Assembly: GCA_041663105.1 (NCBI GenBank)
Contig: JBAZRB010000021.1
Location: 13,798-77,797, forward strand
Direction of reading: 5' to 3'
Length of the DNA: 64,000 nucleotides
Origin: Rhodanobacter sp.
GTDB lineage: Bacteria; Pseudomonadota; Gammaproteobacteria; Xanthomonadales; Rhodanobacteraceae
Positions within the stretch are counted from its first letter, which is position 1, and every line of letters begins with the position of its first letter. The position numbers and the translations under genes are program-made. The notes under the pieces were generated by a model, which saw only the letters and a program-made list of their open reading frames with translations, was not told where the DNA came from and did no database searches. Shown here in pieces: positions 61,185 through 64,000 of this stretch.

Positions 61185-61209
61185 GATAGCGAAAGCACTA
61201 TAACTGTCC

Positions 61210-62637
61210 ATGTTCCTCACCCAGACCCCGCCCTTGTTCGATGTGCTCCCCAGGGATCTGTTCCGACCGCTGGCTTCACTCAATCGAGTGCACTACTGGC
61301 GATTGCTTTTCTTGCTCTACGGCAAATTCTTCGGCTCGGAAGCGGACCTGCCACCGGCGGCAGGTTGGAATCGCCGGGATCTGTTGATCGCCATCGAACA
61401 GTTGCTCGAAGACGACGATCCTTGGGAACTGGAAGATGGCGAATCACCCAACTCCCCTATCAACATTCGGGCCCACACTTACCTCAGACGTCTGATCGAA
61501 GCAGGCTGGCTACTCGAAGAGCGTGTTGGATTGGCTGTCGTTGTCTCCATGCCTACCGTGGTGAACCGGCTCATGGAGACCTTGCAGGTTTTCATCGAGT
61601 TCTCACCGCCTCCAGTGGGCGCGAAGATGCGATCGATCGAAAGCGCCTTACAAAGGGTGCTGACGTCGTCACAGCCGGGCGACGAACTGGATGAGGCGGC
61701 CTCGCAGGCCCGTCTTTTGGTAGGAAGCATGGCTGCTATGGGATTGCGTGTGCGAGAACTGATGCGCGGACTCTCGGCCGATGTCACCACCGCACAGGCG
61801 CTACACCAGATTTTCGACGAATACATCGGCAAGACCTATATGGCGGACTATGCGCAGCTCGCCGGTGCCGATCATCCTCTCGCCCGCAAGTCGGCCGTGC
61901 TCGCACTGGTCAGCGAGATCGCCCTGAGCGACCAGCGCGATCGCTTGCTGGCCTGGTACGCCGAACACCGCACCGGAGGTAACCGTGATCAGGCCGATGA
62001 CCGGCTCGAACGCACGCTCCGTCGCATCAAGGATCTCAGCCGGCTCCAGGATTTCCTAGATCGCCTGGAAGACGATCTCAGACGTATGAATCGACGCATG
62101 CTTGCATTGATCGACTATCGCCTGCATGCACCAAGCCATCTCGAAATCCGCATCAAGCGAGCCATTGCCGGCATGAAGGACAGTGACGGGCTGGAGGTGT
62201 CCCCACCAGTTGGTCCCGGCCAGATGCTTTCTGGAGAACTGTTGTTCAAGCCGCGCAAACGGAGGTCCCCCATTCCGCTGGCGGCCGACGCGCAGCGGCA
62301 GATGTCGCCCGAACAGGAAGCCCGCATGCGCCTTCGCGCCCAAGCTCGCGATGCAAGACGTGTGCAATCCAAGGACATCTACGCTTACCTGCACAGGACG
62401 ATGAGCACGAATCTGCAGGTGCTGGCATCGGATCTCCCAATCCAGTCCATCAAGGATTTCCGGGTCGTCCAGACTCTGTCCAGCATGGCCCTCGCCGCGA
62501 CGGCGCTCTCCGTCCGAGGCAAAGGCAACGGGATGATCGGCAAGCTCCCCAAGTACGCCTTCCGCATCGCCAGTGGCAGGTACGTCGACAACGGGTATTT
62601 GGACATGCCCGACTTCTACATCACAAAAGTGGGATGA
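61210..62637 (+). CDS. jetA: JetA/MksF-like (kleisin-type) first subunit of a Wadjet-like SMC system
   Basis: 475 aa. Assigned from size, position and operon order (A-B-SMC), not from a motif I can verify. Confidence 0.55.
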   Translation: MFLTQTPPLFDVLPRDLFRPLASLNRVHYWRLLFLLYGKFFGSEADLPPAAGWNRRDLLIAIEQLLEDDDPWELEDGESPNSPINIRAHTYLRRLIEAGWLLEERVGLAVVVSMPTVVNRLMETLQVFIEFSPPPVGAKMRSIESALQRVLTSSQPGDELDEAASQARLLVGSMAAMGLRVRELMRGLSADVTTAQALHQIFDEYIGKTYMADYAQLAGADHPLARKSAVLALVSEIALSDQRDRLLAWYAEHRTGGNRDQADDRLERTLRRIKDLSRLQDFLDRLEDDLRRMNRRMLALIDYRLHAPSHLEIRIKRAIAGMKDSDGLEVSPPVGPGQMLSGELLFKPRKRRSPIPLAADAQRQMSPEQEARMRLRAQARDARRVQSKDIYAYLHRTMSTNLQVLASDLPIQSIKDFRVVQTLSSMALAATALSVRGKGNGMIGKLPKYAFRIASGRYVDNGYLDMPDFYITKVG

Positions 62638-62638
62638 C

Positions 62639-63283
62639 ATGGCCTCGATTTGGGAACGCCTCGCCGAAAGCAGTCGCATGTTCACTATCGACGACTTTGA
62701 ACGCGCCGCCTATCGAGTGGTGACAGCGCAAGTGTTGTCGGTGAACGAGCAAGCCACCCGCAAGGACTACTACTTGGTCGCGGAGCATCTGCGCGAGTTC
62801 AAGCAGGTACTCGAACCACTTGGCATCAGTCTTCGCCACAACACTCAATTCCGGTACATCGTCGCCCAGACACGACATGTCCTGAACCAGAACAAGGCCT
62901 CCAAGACCGTCACCCTGATGGTACTGGTTCTAGCCGATATCTATCACCGCGTGAGGTTCAACGGCCAGGAGGGCGACTTCGGCGAGGCCTACGTCGAACT
63001 GCCGGACCTGCAGGAGGCCTATCAGGGAATGACGGGCTACGAGTTCCCCAAGACGGGCGAGCTCCGCGAGCTGATCGCCGATCTCGAGCGCTGGGGGGTT
63101 GCACGCAAGCACGAAAGTGATGTCGACCACACACAGCCCTTCAGCGTCATGATCCACCCGGCGATCTCGGACATCGTGACCAAGGAGTGGCTCGGACAGC
63201 TCGAAGGCCTGCGCAAGCAGACGGGCACTGACGAGCTAGAAGGGGAAGCCGAACCGGAGGAGTCCGACGATGTATCTGCTTGA
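62639..63283 (+). CDS. jetB: JetB/MksE-like small subunit with acidic C-terminal tail
   Basis: 214 aa, starts 2 nt after the jetA-like stop, tail DELEGEAEPEESDD. Pattern resembles DUF4194-type proteins from memory. Confidence 0.55.
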   Translation: MASIWERLAESSRMFTIDDFERAAYRVVTAQVLSVNEQATRKDYYLVAEHLREFKQVLEPLGISLRHNTQFRYIVAQTRHVLNQNKASKTVTLMVLVLADIYHRVRFNGQEGDFGEAYVELPDLQEAYQGMTGYEFPKTGELRELIADLERWGVARKHESDVDHTQPFSVMIHPAISDIVTKEWLGQLEGLRKQTGTDELEGEAEPEESDDVSA

Positions 63284-64000
63284 AAAGTTCCACCTCGTCC
63301 AGTTCTATCTGTTCTCGGCCACCACGCTGCACTTCGGCAGCAGCTCGGCCATCGTCGCACCGAACGGCTCGGGTAAGTCCGCGGTATTGGATGCCATGCA
63401 GATCGTGCTCCACGGTGGCGACCAGAAGGCAATCGACCTCAACGCCCAGTCCGGCGGGCAGAAAGGGGGACGCTCGATCCGCGAGTATCTGCTGGGGTAC
63501 TACCGCGACGACGAGAACGTCCGCGACCATGCCACCTGCTATCTAACGATGGTTTTTCGCGACAGTACCGGCAAGCATCCGCTCGTATCGGTAGGGCTCT
63601 GTCTGGGCGCGACTATCAATGAGCCCAAGCATCGCGTCCATGGCATGTACATCCTGCCCGGAGTGGACCTGAAACTCGAAGACCATACCCAGACCGACAA
63701 GGGACAACTCATGCCCTTGGCGTGGCCTGACTTCAAGGACTGGGCTAGCGAACGTACGATCGCGGCCGGTGGGAAACCAGACTTCCCCAGGGACAGAGTC
63801 GCATCGGACTTCGTCCAGCGCATGTTGTTCCAACTGCGTGCCGACCGGGCGCGCAGCATCGACAACGTCGCCTTCTCCAAGGCACTGAAGAATGCCCTGA
63901 ACCTGAAGGACGTCCACGATGCCAGCGCCTTCGTCCGCGATCGCATCATCGAAGAGCGCCCTATCAACATCAGCGAGTTCCGACACCAGTTGGAAACCTT
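63270..64000 (+). CDS. jetC: SMC/JetC(MksB)-like ATPase, N-terminal 243 aa only (continues off-window)
   Basis: Hand-translated open frame from the ATG at 63270, with a 14-nt overlap with the jetB-like gene: MYLLEKFHLVQFYLFSATTLHFGSSSAIVAPNGSGKSAVLDAMQIVL... has an SMC-head Walker A. No stop before nt 64000, so it is absent from the ORF track. Confidence 0.75.
   Translation, partial: MYLLEKFHLVQFYLFSATTLHFGSSSAIVAPNGSGKSAVLDAMQIVLHGGDQKAIDLNAQSGGQKGGRSIREYLLGYYRDDENVRDHATCYLTMVFRDSTGKHPLVSVGLCLGATINEPKHRVHGMYILPGVDLKLEDHTQTDKGQLMPLAWPDFKDWASERTIAAGGKPDFPRDRVASDFVQRMLFQLRADRARSIDNVAFSKALKNALNLKDVHDASAFVRDRIIEERPINISEFRHQLET

Larger units (their letters stand above)
59679..64000. mobile_element. 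Putative genomic island at the tRNA-Leu locus (right end off-window); no integrase in the visible part
   Basis: AT-richer than the core by eye. Starts at the tRNA-half breakpoint and carries the intron-tRNA, a WYL regulator and the SMC-type cluster. Confidence 0.45.

Noticed and set aside
63280-63986. Track ORFs 63280..63546 (+), 63539..63970 (-) and 63543..63986 (-)
   Set aside because: They conflict with the open-ended frame from ATG 63270, which carries a clear SMC-type Walker A and runs without a stop to the window end.
1-64000. CRISPR arrays, rRNA genes, IS elements, transposases, integrases, prophage genes
   Set aside because: I found no regularly spaced direct repeats and no recombinase or transposase-like translations while reading both strands. 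The only tandem repeat noted is the (CCCGG)3 run.

Overview
High-GC chromosome segment (by eye high-60s %GC, not computed). Gene content and order (exbB-exbD-msbA-lpxK, lolCD, sdhCDAB-sdhE-ygfX, ccmABCDEFGHI, emrRAB-like efflux, phaR-phaB, kmo, scattered hut genes) suggest a Xanthomonadales/Lysobacterales-type gammaproteobacterium; this is inference, with no rRNA in the window to confirm it. About 57 kb is densely packed housekeeping DNA with many stop/start overlaps. In this DNA the long antisense ORFs of the six-frame track are GC-driven shadow ORFs. Both window edges carry visibly AT-richer accessory DNA. (1) nt 1-2.5 kb holds a two-gene cassette immediately downstream of hutU: an unrecognisable 203-aa protein plus a 615-aa protein with an intact caspase-fold His/Cys dyad and an uncharacterised C-terminal region. 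It is my best candidate for an undescribed protease-based conflict system, and it is cut by the window edge. (2) nt 59.6-64 kb starts with an orphan 5' half of an intronless tRNA-Leu(CAA), truncated exactly at the end of the anticodon loop. It is followed by a complete tRNA-Leu(CAA) interrupted in the same loop by a 244-nt group I (IC3-like) intron, apparently with C-G instead of the canonical U.G at the 5' splice site. Next come a WYL-domain regulator with a perfect 11-bp inverted-repeat operator and a divergent three-gene SMC-type cluster resembling Wadjet JetA/JetB/JetC; the JetC-like gene runs off the window. Other points: an MFS transporter gene frameshifted at a (CCCGG)3 pentanucleotide repeat, and a 460-bp non-coding leader upstream of a SleB-like hydrolase. 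I found no CRISPR arrays, rRNA, transposases or integrases.
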